Positions 45,597 to 55,593 of a DNA stretch of 64,000 nucleotides are shown piece by piece; the first letter of the stretch is position 1; each line of letters starts with the position of its first letter. Origin of the DNA: Snodgrassella alvi (lineage in GTDB: Bacteria > Pseudomonadota > Gammaproteobacteria > Burkholderiales > Neisseriaceae); the NCBI GenBank assembly GCA_002777825.1, contig MEIR01000089.1, positions 25,562-89,561 on the forward strand, in the 5' to 3' direction. The notes under the pieces were generated by a model. That model was given only the letters and a program-made list of their open reading frames with translations, ran no database searches and was not told the DNA's origin. The translations under genes and the position numbers were made by a program.

Positions 45597-47714
45597 TTAC
45601 TGGCTGCCGCTCTGTGCTGAAGTCTGTGCGGCCAGTTTGCTCAAGAGTTGCTTCACCTCCCGGGCAATGCGTTCGACTACTGCGGTTGGATAGCGGTGTG
45701 CCTGATAGGTAATTATCATGCTCAGGCTATGCTGGTTGTTAATCTGGTTTTCCATGATTTCAAAGTGCAGGCCGAACATGGATTCGTTACGTTCAGGCAG
45801 TATTTGCCGGTATGGGATGGCACCTTGCGGAGTGTTTAGCTGGCCATTTAAGGCGTTGTTTGTGTGGATATGAATGTAAACATCAAACATTAAGCCCTGA
45901 TTATCGGGGATGCCTAAAGCCTGCTGGATATGATTAATCGGGATATCGGCATACTCTATGGACTCGTTGATTTGTTTGCTGGTGTCGGCCAGTAATGAGG
46001 TGAATGGTTGCTGCGGATTAAAGCGGATACGGTGCGCTACCATGGTGGTAAAGTAGCCAACGGTATCGAAATAGTTGGGGTCGGTACGGCCTGAAGCAGA
46101 GGTACCGATTACGATTTCGGTTAAATTACCCTCTTTTTGCAGTACGGTGGCAATGGCGGTATAAAACACGCTGAATATAGAGGCATGGTGTTTTTTGGTA
46201 AAGGCTGAGATGTTGCGATGGAAGGCTGAATCGAATTTGATTTCCAGCCATTCAATCTGTGGAGCGGTATTTTGCGATGCTGTCGCGACTGTCGAATTTA
46301 AAGTCAGTCCTTTTACAGCTCCTTGCAGATGCTTGCACCAGTAATCGAGATGTTGCTGGTTAATGCCGTTTTGCTGCTGCATGCGGGCAAATTCGTGAAT
46401 GCTGGGAACGCTGTTCGGCCAGACGGGTGCTTTGCCTTGCAGCCGTGCTGCATAGGCTATATTTAAATCGGCCATGATGGTGTTTAAAGACCACTCGTCT
46501 ATTACCATGTGATGCACCAGAAACGATAAAATCGTGTTGCCATTGTGTGCTTTTAACAGGCGGATTCGGAGTGGCAGTTCGCGTGTGAGATCGAATTTAT
46601 AGGCTGCTTCAGTAGCTAAGGTGGCATCTTTGCTGTCGCTGCTCGGCAAGAACCATTGATGCTGTTTAAGCTCGGTAATGGGTACGGTATATTGCAAGGT
46701 TTGTTGGTGTGAGGTTTTAAACAGGGTGCGTAATCCAACGTGGCGGATAATTAAATCATTAAATGCCTGATGTAAGGCTTCTTCATTAACCGGCTGCTGA
46801 AATTCTATAGCGAACGGTAGGTTATAAACGGGGCTGAAATCAAAAGCGCTGTAAGCCTGCCATAAAAAATCCTGCGCCAGTGTTAAGGGTGCCTGTTGTT
46901 CAGGCTGTATCTGGGTTGCGGAAGCAACTGGCTGCTCTTGCTGCGCAATATTGGCCAGTGCACGGGCGGATGGTGATTTAAAGAAATCATTGAAGTTCAG
47001 TTTAATGCCATGGTTGTTCTGTAAGTTGCCAATAGCTCGGGTGGCCAGCAGTGAATGGCCGCCAAAATCAAAAAAGTCATCGTCAAGGGTCATATTCGGT
47101 TCAGCCAGTGTGCTTCTGAACTCTGTCAGTATGATGCTGGCCAGTGCTGCTACGTTGGTATGCTGTGTTTTCTTGGCTGGTGCCGGATTTAAACTGCTTA
47201 AGTCTACTGGTGTGAGCTCGAGCTGATGTTCTGAACCGCTGTAGTTGTTGTAGCTGGTGCGGATTTCTTTGATTAATCCATTCAGTGTGAATTGTTCCTC
47301 AAGTATGGGATGCAAGCGAAGTGCCAGAATTACGCTGTTTTCTGTGCTGATTACTGTTGCCAGAAAAGGCGGGGTGATTTCGGGCTGCCAGTGTTGCTGT
47401 GCCAATGTAGATAATAGTGCAGTAACCTGCCCTTGCGCTGCTTGCTCATTCTGTACGCAGGTTGTCCAATCTGTATCGGGGTATTTGTATAAATCGCCGT
47501 CTTCGGTGAATTCATAGCGGGTATTCAATTCTGTATGCGTTGCCAGCAGGCTGTGGATACTTTTATGCAGGATGGCTGAATTGGGATATGGATTCAGCAG
47601 CCATGCTGCAAGCTGATATTTCACTTGTTCTGGTTCTTGTAACTGTTGCATCCAGATATATTCTTCACGCTCATTGGCTAAAGATGGTGCTGTTGCTGTA
47701 TTTGTATCTGACAT
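45597..47714 (-). CDS. NRPS PCP-condensation didomain protein (AngM-like)
   Basis: thiolation motif FFDFGGHSLLATRAI; condensation motif HHMVIDEWS. Confidence 0.8.
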   Translation of the reverse strand: MSDTNTATAPSLANEREEYIWMQQLQEPEQVKYQLAAWLLNPYPNSAILHKSIHSLLATHTELNTRYEFTEDGDLYKYPDTDWTTCVQNEQAAQGQVTALLSTLAQQHWQPEITPPFLATVISTENSVILALRLHPILEEQFTLNGLIKEIRTSYNNYSGSEHQLELTPVDLSSLNPAPAKKTQHTNVAALASIILTEFRSTLAEPNMTLDDDFFDFGGHSLLATRAIGNLQNNHGIKLNFNDFFKSPSARALANIAQQEQPVASATQIQPEQQAPLTLAQDFLWQAYSAFDFSPVYNLPFAIEFQQPVNEEALHQAFNDLIIRHVGLRTLFKTSHQQTLQYTVPITELKQHQWFLPSSDSKDATLATEAAYKFDLTRELPLRIRLLKAHNGNTILSFLVHHMVIDEWSLNTIMADLNIAYAARLQGKAPVWPNSVPSIHEFARMQQQNGINQQHLDYWCKHLQGAVKGLTLNSTVATASQNTAPQIEWLEIKFDSAFHRNISAFTKKHHASIFSVFYTAIATVLQKEGNLTEIVIGTSASGRTDPNYFDTVGYFTTMVAHRIRFNPQQPFTSLLADTSKQINESIEYADIPINHIQQALGIPDNQGLMFDVYIHIHTNNALNGQLNTPQGAIPYRQILPERNESMFGLHFEIMENQINNQHSLSMIITYQAHRYPTAVVERIAREVKQLLSKLAAQTSAQSGSQ

Positions 47715-47910
47715 GTTTTTTAATCCTCTCTTGTTCCGTTGAAGACGAGTAAGTAGCTAATTAATGAATGGCCGGATGTTGATGAAACACGATGAACGCT
47801 GAAGTTTTATTAACAATTGGCTGGATTCGGGCTGTTTTGCAGCGGTAGCTGCTCCTGAGCATTTTTTATTTTATTTATATTACTTTACACTTTATTTAAA
47901 AATATAATAC

Positions 47911-47945
47911 AATTGATTCTCATTTTCATCAATAATAATTGTTCT
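47911..47945. promoter_or_regulatory. Candidate Fur box(es) in divergent promoter between NRPS PCP-C gene and ABC permease operon
   Basis: AATTGATTCTCATTTTCATCAATAATAATTGTT contains overlapping GATAAT/ATCATT-like hexamers. Confidence 0.35.
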
Positions 47946-48152
47946 TAATTTTATTTAATATTTTTGTTTGTGCTAATGGAACGGGTATGAACGTTGCGTT
48001 GTAAGAATATACGGAGCATAAGGAGAAACAATGCGAGGTATGTACGAGCAAATGCAGGGGCAGAAGTCTTCTTGCATACTCCGGTGTTTGCTTACTGAAA
48101 ATTCAATGTTGCCGGTATTAAGCTGCTGTACCGGTGTGAAGGTGTATCTCTG

Positions 48153-49094
48153 ATGTATCTAGGTATGATAGGTGCATTTTTTGTTTTATGCATACTCTCT
48201 TTGCTGGTAGGCTCTGATCCGATTTCATGGACAGGTTTACTGGTCGGTTCAGATGCTGACTGGCTAACTTTGAAAGCCAGCCGTTTCCCGCGCCTGCTGG
48301 CGATTATTCTTACTGGTATGGGGCTTTCTATTGGCGGGGTAATTCTACAACATATTGTCCGCAATAAGTTTGTTGAGCCGGAAACGGCCGGCGGGCTAGA
48401 TGCAGCTAAGCTGGGGATTCTGATGTCACTGGTACTGCTGCCTTCGGTTGGGGTATTAAGTAAGATGCTGGTGGCTCTGGCGTTCTGTTTTGTGGCTGAG
48501 CTGATTTATATCCTGATTATTGCCAGAATCCGCTATCAGCAAATTGTGCTGATTCCGGTAATTGGGCTGATGTATGGCGGTGTGTTAAGTGCCGGCGCTG
48601 AATTTTATGCTTATAAAAATAATCTTTTGCAAAATGTTCAGGGCTGGCTGCTGGGTGATTTTTCGCGTGTGGTACAGGGGCATTATGAGTTGCTGTATGT
48701 TCTGATACCGGTGATTGTGCTGAGTTATGTGTTTGCACAGCGGTTTACGGTGGCAGGTATGGGGCAGGAAGTGGCTACCAGTCTGGGTGTGGGCTATAAA
48801 AGCACGGTGGTGCTGGGGCTAATGCTTGTGTCTGTTACTGTTGCGGCAACGGTGATTACGGTGGGCTCCATTCCTTTTATCGGGCTGGTGATTCCGAATC
48901 TGGTGGCACTTAAGTATGGTGAACATTTAGCCAAAACTTTACCGATGGTGGCTCTGGGCGGGGCATGTCTGCTGCTCGTATGTGATATTAGCGGCCGTTT
49001 AATCATTTATCCTTTTGAAGTCCCTATTGGTCTTACTGCCGGTGCTGTTGGCGGTATTGTCTTTCTGCTGCTGATTTTGCGGGGGCTTCGCTAA
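48153..49094 (+). CDS. Iron-siderophore ABC transporter permease (FecCD family)
   Basis: 313 aa, ~9 TM, FecCD motifs; operon with second permease, ATPase, binding protein. Confidence 0.85.
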   Translation: MYLGMIGAFFVLCILSLLVGSDPISWTGLLVGSDADWLTLKASRFPRLLAIILTGMGLSIGGVILQHIVRNKFVEPETAGGLDAAKLGILMSLVLLPSVGVLSKMLVALAFCFVAELIYILIIARIRYQQIVLIPVIGLMYGGVLSAGAEFYAYKNNLLQNVQGWLLGDFSRVVQGHYELLYVLIPVIVLSYVFAQRFTVAGMGQEVATSLGVGYKSTVVLGLMLVSVTVAATVITVGSIPFIGLVIPNLVALKYGEHLAKTLPMVALGGACLLLVCDISGRLIIYPFEVPIGLTAGAVGGIVFLLLILRGLR

Positions 49095-50038
49095 TGAATC
49101 GCAGATTCTGGCTGTTTTGTGGCTGCATCATTGCTCTGGCTGTGTTTTTTATGCTGTTTGATTCTGGCTTTGATGTTGATTATGTGCTGCCCAAACGTCT
49201 GTTACGGCTGGCTACTATTTTGCTGGCCGGTATCTGTATTGCGGTGTCGTCGGTGGTGTTTCAAACGTTGGTAACTAACCGGATTTTAACGCCGGCAATT
49301 ATGGGCTACGAGGCGGTTTATCTGTTCTGGCAGGTACTGCTGTTGTTCTTTCTGGGGCAAAGTGGTCTGGGATTACTGGGGCTTAATGGCAATTTCTTTG
49401 CCTCGGTAGGCTTAATGCTGCTGTATTCGTGGATGATTCATCATTTTTTACTGCCGCGAGCACGCCATAATCTGTGGCTGTTGTTGTTATTTGGTCTGGT
49501 ACTGACCATGGTAATCACTACTTTAACCCAGTTTATCCAGCTCAAAATCAGTCCGGGGGAGTTTTCGGTATTTCAAGGCATTAATTATGCTTCTTTTAAT
49601 CATTCAGAAACGCTGACGCTGGTATATGCTGCTATAGCGATGCTGGTGGTGGGCTGGGTGGCCTACCCGTATCTGCCTATGCTGGATGTGATGGCTCTAG
49701 GTGAAGAACAGGCCATTTCGCTGGGCGTGGATTATGCCCGCTATGTGCGCTGGGGGTTTGGTCTGATTGCGGTGCTGGTGGCGGTATCCACCAGTCTGGT
49801 TGGACCCACGGCATTTATGGGGGTATTTATTGCCAATATGGCTTACGCCTTTGCCGGCCACTTTCAACATAAACGCATTCTGTTATTTGCCAGTGCTGTG
49901 GCTGTTGTGGTGTTTCTGGTGGCGCAGATTCTGGTGGAACATGTGTTTAATTACAGGACTACGGTAAGTATTTTAATCAATCTGATTTGTGGGATGTATT
50001 TTCTGCTGCTTATTGTCTGTCGTCGAGGAATGGCATGA
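49094..50038 (+). CDS. Iron-siderophore ABC transporter permease (FecCD family, second subunit)
   Basis: 314 aa; start overlaps upstream stop (TAATG). Confidence 0.85.
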   Translation: MNRRFWLFCGCIIALAVFFMLFDSGFDVDYVLPKRLLRLATILLAGICIAVSSVVFQTLVTNRILTPAIMGYEAVYLFWQVLLLFFLGQSGLGLLGLNGNFFASVGLMLLYSWMIHHFLLPRARHNLWLLLLFGLVLTMVITTLTQFIQLKISPGEFSVFQGINYASFNHSETLTLVYAAIAMLVVGWVAYPYLPMLDVMALGEEQAISLGVDYARYVRWGFGLIAVLVAVSTSLVGPTAFMGVFIANMAYAFAGHFQHKRILLFASAVAVVVFLVAQILVEHVFNYRTTVSILINLICGMYFLLLIVCRRGMA

Positions 50039-50811
50039 TTCATATTCAGAATATTTGCAAAATTTATGGTCATAAGCCGGTACTGAATAATATTAATCTG
50101 GCGCTGCCGCTGCATCAGGTGACGGCGCTGATTGGCCCCAATGGCGCGGGTAAATCTACTTTGCTGATGATACTGGCACGGTTACTGGCACCCACTACAG
50201 GCAGTATTCTGTTTGAGCAGCAGGATATTGCCAGTATCCGCATTGCTGATTATGCCCGTCTGGTGGCCACGCTGCGGCAATCGCCCTATTTCGGCCTGCG
50301 TCTGACTGTAAAGGAGCTGGTGTCTTTCGGCCGCTTTCCATATGGACATGGATTGTTGTCTGCTAAAGATCATCAGGTAATAGACGAGGCAATAGATTTT
50401 TTAGATTTAAGTGCGCTGCGTGATGCATATATTGATGAATTAAGTGGCGGGCTGCGGCAAATGGCTTTTCTGGCCATGACTATTGCTCAGGAAACACGGG
50501 TTCTTCTGCTGGACGAACCTTTAAACAATCTGGATATGAATCATGCGGTACAAATTATGGCTGCTATCCGGCGTTTGTGTGAGGAACAGCGGAAAACTGT
50601 GATTATGGTGGTGCATGATATTAATTTCACGGCCAATTATGCAGATTATATTGTGGCTTTAAAACACGGACAGTTAAGTTTTTGTGGCGCTACGCGGGAA
50701 GTGATTACTGAAGAGTGTCTGAGTGAGCTGTATGGGCTGAATTTTGAAATCAGCCACACTAAGCATGGTTATGTCTGTCAGTATTTTCATTCGTTGAAAG
50801 GTAAAGCATGA
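50035..50811 (+). CDS. Iron-siderophore ABC transporter ATP-binding protein (FecE/FatE-like)
   Basis: Walker A GPNGAGKST, signature LSGGLRQ, Walker B LLLDEP; ATGA overlap with permease stop. Confidence 0.9.
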   Translation: MIHIQNICKIYGHKPVLNNINLALPLHQVTALIGPNGAGKSTLLMILARLLAPTTGSILFEQQDIASIRIADYARLVATLRQSPYFGLRLTVKELVSFGRFPYGHGLLSAKDHQVIDEAIDFLDLSALRDAYIDELSGGLRQMAFLAMTIAQETRVLLLDEPLNNLDMNHAVQIMAAIRRLCEEQRKTVIMVVHDINFTANYADYIVALKHGQLSFCGATREVITEECLSELYGLNFEISHTKHGYVCQYFHSLKGKA

Positions 50812-51794
50812 ACGGAAAACTCAAAAAATGTGCTGTCAGTCTGTTGGGGCTGATGGCGGTGATGACTATGGTTTCTGTGTCTGGCTGCGATAAAAAATCG
50901 GCACCAGCCAGCAGTCCTACTGTGCAAAAGCGCGCGGAACCACTGATTATTCAACATCAGTTGGGTACTACCAGAATTGATGCGGTGCCACAACGCGTGG
51001 CGGTGCTGGATATGAATGAAGCAGATTTTCTTGATCAGTTAAATGTGTCGATTGCCGGTATGCCGAAAGATTTTATTCCGCATTTTCTGGCTAAATACCA
51101 GCAGAGTCATGATGACATTGCTGATTTAGGTGGCATTGTCCAGCCGAATATGGAACGTGTCCATACTCTGAAGCCGGATCTGATTTTGATGACGCCGATT
51201 CAGAAAGACCATTATCAGGAACTGACGCAGATAGCGCCCACGCTTTATTATGAAATCAATTTTAATAACAGTGAGCACGGTCATCTGGCTACTGTTAAAA
51301 ATCACCTGCTGACGCTGGGCAAAATTTTTAACCGTGAAGATTTGGCTCGTACTAAGGTGGCTGAGCTGGATGCACAAGTGAATAAGGTGCGTGCCATCAC
51401 TAAAGACCGGCCGGAAAAGGCATTGGTGGTGCTGTACAACAATGGTGCTTTCAGCAATTACGGGGTAGATTCTCGTTATGGCTTTGTTTTCAGTGATCTG
51501 GGGGTAAGGTCTGCCAGTAATGATGCAAGTACCAGTTTGCATGGGCAGCCGATTTCCAGTGAATTTATCAAACGGGCAGACCCAGACATTCTGTACATTA
51601 TCGACCGCACATCGGTTATGCAACATCAGCCTATCATTACTGCTGCTCAGGTAACTAATCCTTTATTGCGCGCCACCAAAGCATGGAAAAATAACCGGGT
51701 GATTTTTGTGGATGCAGATGCTTGGTACACCACCGGTGCCAGCCCTACTTCGATGTACTTGCTCATGCAGGACGTGATGAAGGGCTATCAGTAA
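50808..51794 (+). CDS. Periplasmic siderophore-binding lipoprotein (FatB/FecB-like, class III SBP)
   Basis: lipobox VSGC; Peripla_BP_2 fold hallmarks. Confidence 0.8.
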   Translation: MNGKLKKCAVSLLGLMAVMTMVSVSGCDKKSAPASSPTVQKRAEPLIIQHQLGTTRIDAVPQRVAVLDMNEADFLDQLNVSIAGMPKDFIPHFLAKYQQSHDDIADLGGIVQPNMERVHTLKPDLILMTPIQKDHYQELTQIAPTLYYEINFNNSEHGHLATVKNHLLTLGKIFNREDLARTKVAELDAQVNKVRAITKDRPEKALVVLYNNGAFSNYGVDSRYGFVFSDLGVRSASNDASTSLHGQPISSEFIKRADPDILYIIDRTSVMQHQPIITAAQVTNPLLRATKAWKNNRVIFVDADAWYTTGASPTSMYLLMQDVMKGYQ

Positions 51795-51898
51795 TTGTAT
51801 TGTTAATTATAAAAGAATAATAAGTAACATCAGTGAATTCAATCCTGCCAATAAGCTTTTAAATATGTTGCATAAATTTGGTTAACAAGGAGATATCT

Positions 51899-54163
51899 AT
51901 GGGTAAACACGAACATTATCTGAGGCAGGATGGTCTACACAGGATTAGAAAACGGGGCGACAGTGTCGTAAGTTCTGTCAGCTCCTCCCCCAAAGCGCTG
52001 ATATTGAGTCTGGCCAGTGCTATGCTGGTTTATGCACCGGTACAGTATGCTAAAGCAGCGGATGATGAGGCTAAGCCAGAGATTAACAAAGCAGCAGATA
52101 AAACTATGCAATCTGCTGGCAAGGCCAATTTACCAGATGTGGTGGTAGAGGCAAATCAAAGCACTACCTACACCGGTGGTTTTGTGTCCAGAAACAGCCG
52201 TATCGGTTTTCTTGGTAACAAAAATGCCATGGAAACACCTTTTAATACCGTTAGTTATACTGATAAATTTGTTGAAGATACTCAGGCCAGAAATGTGACT
52301 GATGTGATTGCCGCTACTGACCCGTCAGTATTTACTAATGGCGCTATTGGTGGCTGGAGTGAGAATTACTATATTCGAGGTTTTCAGTCTAATACCAATG
52401 ATATGTCGATGAATGGTTTATTTGGTATTGCTCCTTACTACAGGACTGCACCTGCGATGTTTTCGCGCATTGAGGTGCTGAAAGGACCTTCAGCACTGCT
52501 GAATGGTATGCCGCCTGCCGGTTCTGTGGCAGGCACGGTTAATTTGGTATCCAAGCGCGCAGGTGATGCACCACTGCTACGGGTAACACCTACCTATATG
52601 TCTGATTCACAATGGGGCGGTACTATCGATGCCGGCCGCCGCTTCGGGCAAAATAAGCAATTCGGGATTCGGGTTAATGGCGTTTATCAGGATGGTTCCG
52701 GCCCGGTAAGAAAGCAGGATCTGAAAACTCAGCTTGGTTCGGCAGGCATGGACTGGCGCGGCTACCGGACGCGTATTTCCGCCGATTTTTACATGGCTGA
52801 TGACAAGGTAGACGGTGTAGTGCGCGGTATCAATCTGGGTAAAAATATGGAAGTTCCTGCGCCGCCCAACCCGAAAACCTTAATCAATCCAGACTGGTCT
52901 TATGTCAGTAATAAAGACCGTGGCGCGATGATGCGTGCTGAATATGATATTAGCGACAACATTACTGCCTATGCTGCTTTCGGACGCAGTAAAACCAAGT
53001 ACAAATACAATGGTGCCACTTCTGCAAATTTGCTGGATAATCACGGCACCATACAGACGGTGATGGCACAACTGGCGTTTGATGTGGATAAAAAATCGGC
53101 TGATGTGGGATTAAGGGGGCAGTTTGATACCGGTTTGGTTAATCATCAATGGGTAATCAATACTACCTACTACAAGCATAACCAGCATGATTATGGGGTG
53201 AGAAGTATTCCCTCGGCCACATGGATAACCAATATGTATCATCCGGTATGGGGTAAATCGGTACCGTTTGATGTGCCGCCGATTTCTAGAAGCTCGCTGC
53301 AACTTAAAAGCTATGGGATAGCGGATATGCTGTCATTGATGCAGGACAGGCTGCAACTAACTTTAGGCCTGCGCTATCAGGAAGTGAAAAGTGATAATCT
53401 GAGCCTGATGGGCAAACCGGTTCTAACTGAATATAAAAAACATGCCCTAACGCCGGGGGCGGCCATTTTGTTTAAAGCCACCGAACATGTATCACTTTAT
53501 GGCAATTATATTCAGGGCTTAACCAAAGGCGATTCAGCTCCTATTACTGCGGCCAATTATCCCAAGGTGTTTGCGCCGTATAAAACCAAGCAAACTGAGC
53601 TGGGCATCAAATGGGATTATGGCACGCTGTCTCACTCATTAAGTGTGTTTAATATTAAAAAACCCAGTAGTTATACTGATGTGACTACCAATATCTTTAC
53701 TTCCGGCGGTGAGCAGCGTAACCGTGGTATTGAGTGGAGTTTTATTGCCTCGCCGATTGAAACAGTACGCCTGATGGGCGGTGCCAGCTACATTAAACCG
53801 GAACTAACCAAACTGGCCAAGCATGGTAATGAGGGTAATATTGCTACGGGTGTGACCAAAGTACAGGGCAAACTGGGTGCTGAATGGGATATTGCTGCTG
53901 CTGTGGGGATGGTCACCCTGTCTGCCAATGCCACAGCCGTATCCAAGCAATACCTCAATCAGGAAAACAGTTTATCTGTACCCGGCCATACTGTATTTGA
54001 TATTGGTGCTCGTTATAATGCCAAAGTATCTGGCCATCCCTTTACACTACGGGCAGAGATTAAGAATGTTACCAATAAAAGCTATTGGGGCATGCCACGC
54101 TTGTCTAACCTGTCTTTAGGCGCACCACGGACTTTTCTGCTGTCCGGTTCCTATGATTTCTGA
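51899..54163 (+). CDS. TonB-dependent siderophore outer-membrane receptor
   Basis: signal peptide, plug-domain motifs, C-terminal beta-barrel ending in aromatic residue (..SYDF*); SD AAGGAGA 6 nt upstream of ATG at 51899 (ORF-track 51878 is a TTG). Confidence 0.85.
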   Translation: MGKHEHYLRQDGLHRIRKRGDSVVSSVSSSPKALILSLASAMLVYAPVQYAKAADDEAKPEINKAADKTMQSAGKANLPDVVVEANQSTTYTGGFVSRNSRIGFLGNKNAMETPFNTVSYTDKFVEDTQARNVTDVIAATDPSVFTNGAIGGWSENYYIRGFQSNTNDMSMNGLFGIAPYYRTAPAMFSRIEVLKGPSALLNGMPPAGSVAGTVNLVSKRAGDAPLLRVTPTYMSDSQWGGTIDAGRRFGQNKQFGIRVNGVYQDGSGPVRKQDLKTQLGSAGMDWRGYRTRISADFYMADDKVDGVVRGINLGKNMEVPAPPNPKTLINPDWSYVSNKDRGAMMRAEYDISDNITAYAAFGRSKTKYKYNGATSANLLDNHGTIQTVMAQLAFDVDKKSADVGLRGQFDTGLVNHQWVINTTYYKHNQHDYGVRSIPSATWITNMYHPVWGKSVPFDVPPISRSSLQLKSYGIADMLSLMQDRLQLTLGLRYQEVKSDNLSLMGKPVLTEYKKHALTPGAAILFKATEHVSLYGNYIQGLTKGDSAPITAANYPKVFAPYKTKQTELGIKWDYGTLSHSLSVFNIKKPSSYTDVTTNIFTSGGEQRNRGIEWSFIASPIETVRLMGGASYIKPELTKLAKHGNEGNIATGVTKVQGKLGAEWDIAAAVGMVTLSANATAVSKQYLNQENSLSVPGHTVFDIGARYNAKVSGHPFTLRAEIKNVTNKSYWGMPRLSNLSLGAPRTFLLSGSYDF

Positions 54164-54169
54164 TGTGTA

Positions 54170-54205
54170 GCCATTAAAAAATCGCCCGATGGGCGATTTT
54201 TTAAT
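54170..54205. terminator. Bidirectional terminator between convergent receptor and monooxygenase genes
   Basis: AAAAATCGCCC-GATG-GGCGATTTTTT perfect hairpin flanked by A/T runs. Confidence 0.8.
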
Positions 54206-54215
54206 GGCAGCCTGC

Positions 54216-55532
54216 TTACTCGGGTAATCCATACTGCTGAAATGCAGAGTATTCCGGTACCTGATAATACTGCTTACCTAGTAACTGGTTGATAATCACC
54301 CCGTTTCTGGTTGCGCCCATGCCTAAATCCGGCGAACCAACGCCCTGTTTGGCAATTTCGGCATTCTGGATAAAAATCCGCCCTTGGCCACCATCACAGC
54401 GCACAGCAGTAAAATCCTGATTAATCATATAATCATGCTGATCATCGGTTTGCAGTACAGTGCCTTTCAGCTCTTCAAACCAGCTCGGCCACTGATGGTG
54501 GTAGCCGGTAGCAGCAACAATCGCATTGCTCTGAATAGTTTGTTGTTGATTAAGCTGAGTATGCAGGCAGGTCATATTGATAACGCCTGAAGGCAGCACT
54601 TCTATCGACTGCACATCACAATTTGAAAACAGCGTCAGTCCGGCCGGTGCTCCGGCGATGGTGCGTTCGTACAGCAAATCATAAATATCGCCGATGGTAG
54701 CAAAACTGATGCCTTTGTATAGTTGCCCTTGGCTGGCACTGATTTCTCGTCTTTTCTGTGGTGGCAAAGTCTGGAAATAACGCATATAAACCGGCGTAAA
54801 ACACTCCTGTCCCAATTTGGAAAATTCCATCGGATGAAAACCTGCAGAACGGGTAATCCAGCGAATAGAGGCGCCGGCTCTGATTTGCTCCGGCTGCAAG
54901 GCTTGGTAAAGTGCCAGCACACATTCAGCAGCACTCTGCCCTGCACCAACCACAGTAACCTGCCTGCATTGCTGTAGCTGTTCCTGCATATGGGTAAACT
55001 GAGCAGAGTGCAGAATGAGCGGATGGCTGGTATTTTTCAGCCATTCAGGATAGTAGGGGACGGTGCCAATGCCAATCGCAATATCCTGACTGCAATAAGC
55101 CTGTTTTTTTCCGGCAGAAGATTCACTTTCAATAATAAATTTTTCCTGCTGGCGGTCATAGCTTACTGCCTGCACACAAGAATCAAAATGGCAGGAGGGT
55201 AACTGACGCACAGCCCAGCGACAGTAGTCATCATATTCCTGACGCGGTATCAGGAAACGGTCGTAGTAGCAAAACTGGTACAGACGCTGATGCTGATGCA
55301 GGTAATTCAGATAGCTTAAGGGATGGCATGGATTGGCCATAGTAACCAGATCGGCCAGAAACGGTACTTGCAGAGTGGTGCCGGGTAATAGTAAACCCGC
55401 GTGCCAGTGAAAAGTGGGCGTTTTATCCAAAAACACTGCATTAACTTCCGGATGGCTCGACAACAATGCCGCCAGCCCCAGATTGAAAGGGCCAAGCCCT
55501 ATACCGGCCAAATCAGTTTGTTTCATATCCAT
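54216..55532 (-). CDS. Flavin-dependent N-hydroxylating monooxygenase (IucD/PvdA/BasC/AngU family)
   Basis: N-terminal FAD motif GIGLGPFNLGLAALL, second nucleotide-binding motif VTVVGAGQSAAE; K_oxygenase family. Confidence 0.85.
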   Translation of the reverse strand: MDMKQTDLAGIGLGPFNLGLAALLSSHPEVNAVFLDKTPTFHWHAGLLLPGTTLQVPFLADLVTMANPCHPLSYLNYLHQHQRLYQFCYYDRFLIPRQEYDDYCRWAVRQLPSCHFDSCVQAVSYDRQQEKFIIESESSAGKKQAYCSQDIAIGIGTVPYYPEWLKNTSHPLILHSAQFTHMQEQLQQCRQVTVVGAGQSAAECVLALYQALQPEQIRAGASIRWITRSAGFHPMEFSKLGQECFTPVYMRYFQTLPPQKRREISASQGQLYKGISFATIGDIYDLLYERTIAGAPAGLTLFSNCDVQSIEVLPSGVINMTCLHTQLNQQQTIQSNAIVAATGYHHQWPSWFEELKGTVLQTDDQHDYMINQDFTAVRCDGGQGRIFIQNAEIAKQGVGSPDLGMGATRNGVIINQLLGKQYYQVPEYSAFQQYGLPE

Positions 55533-55593
55533 ATTTATTTCATCCCTATATCTAAGCTGTTAAATATTTATGTGCTTACAGCAGTTGATAACC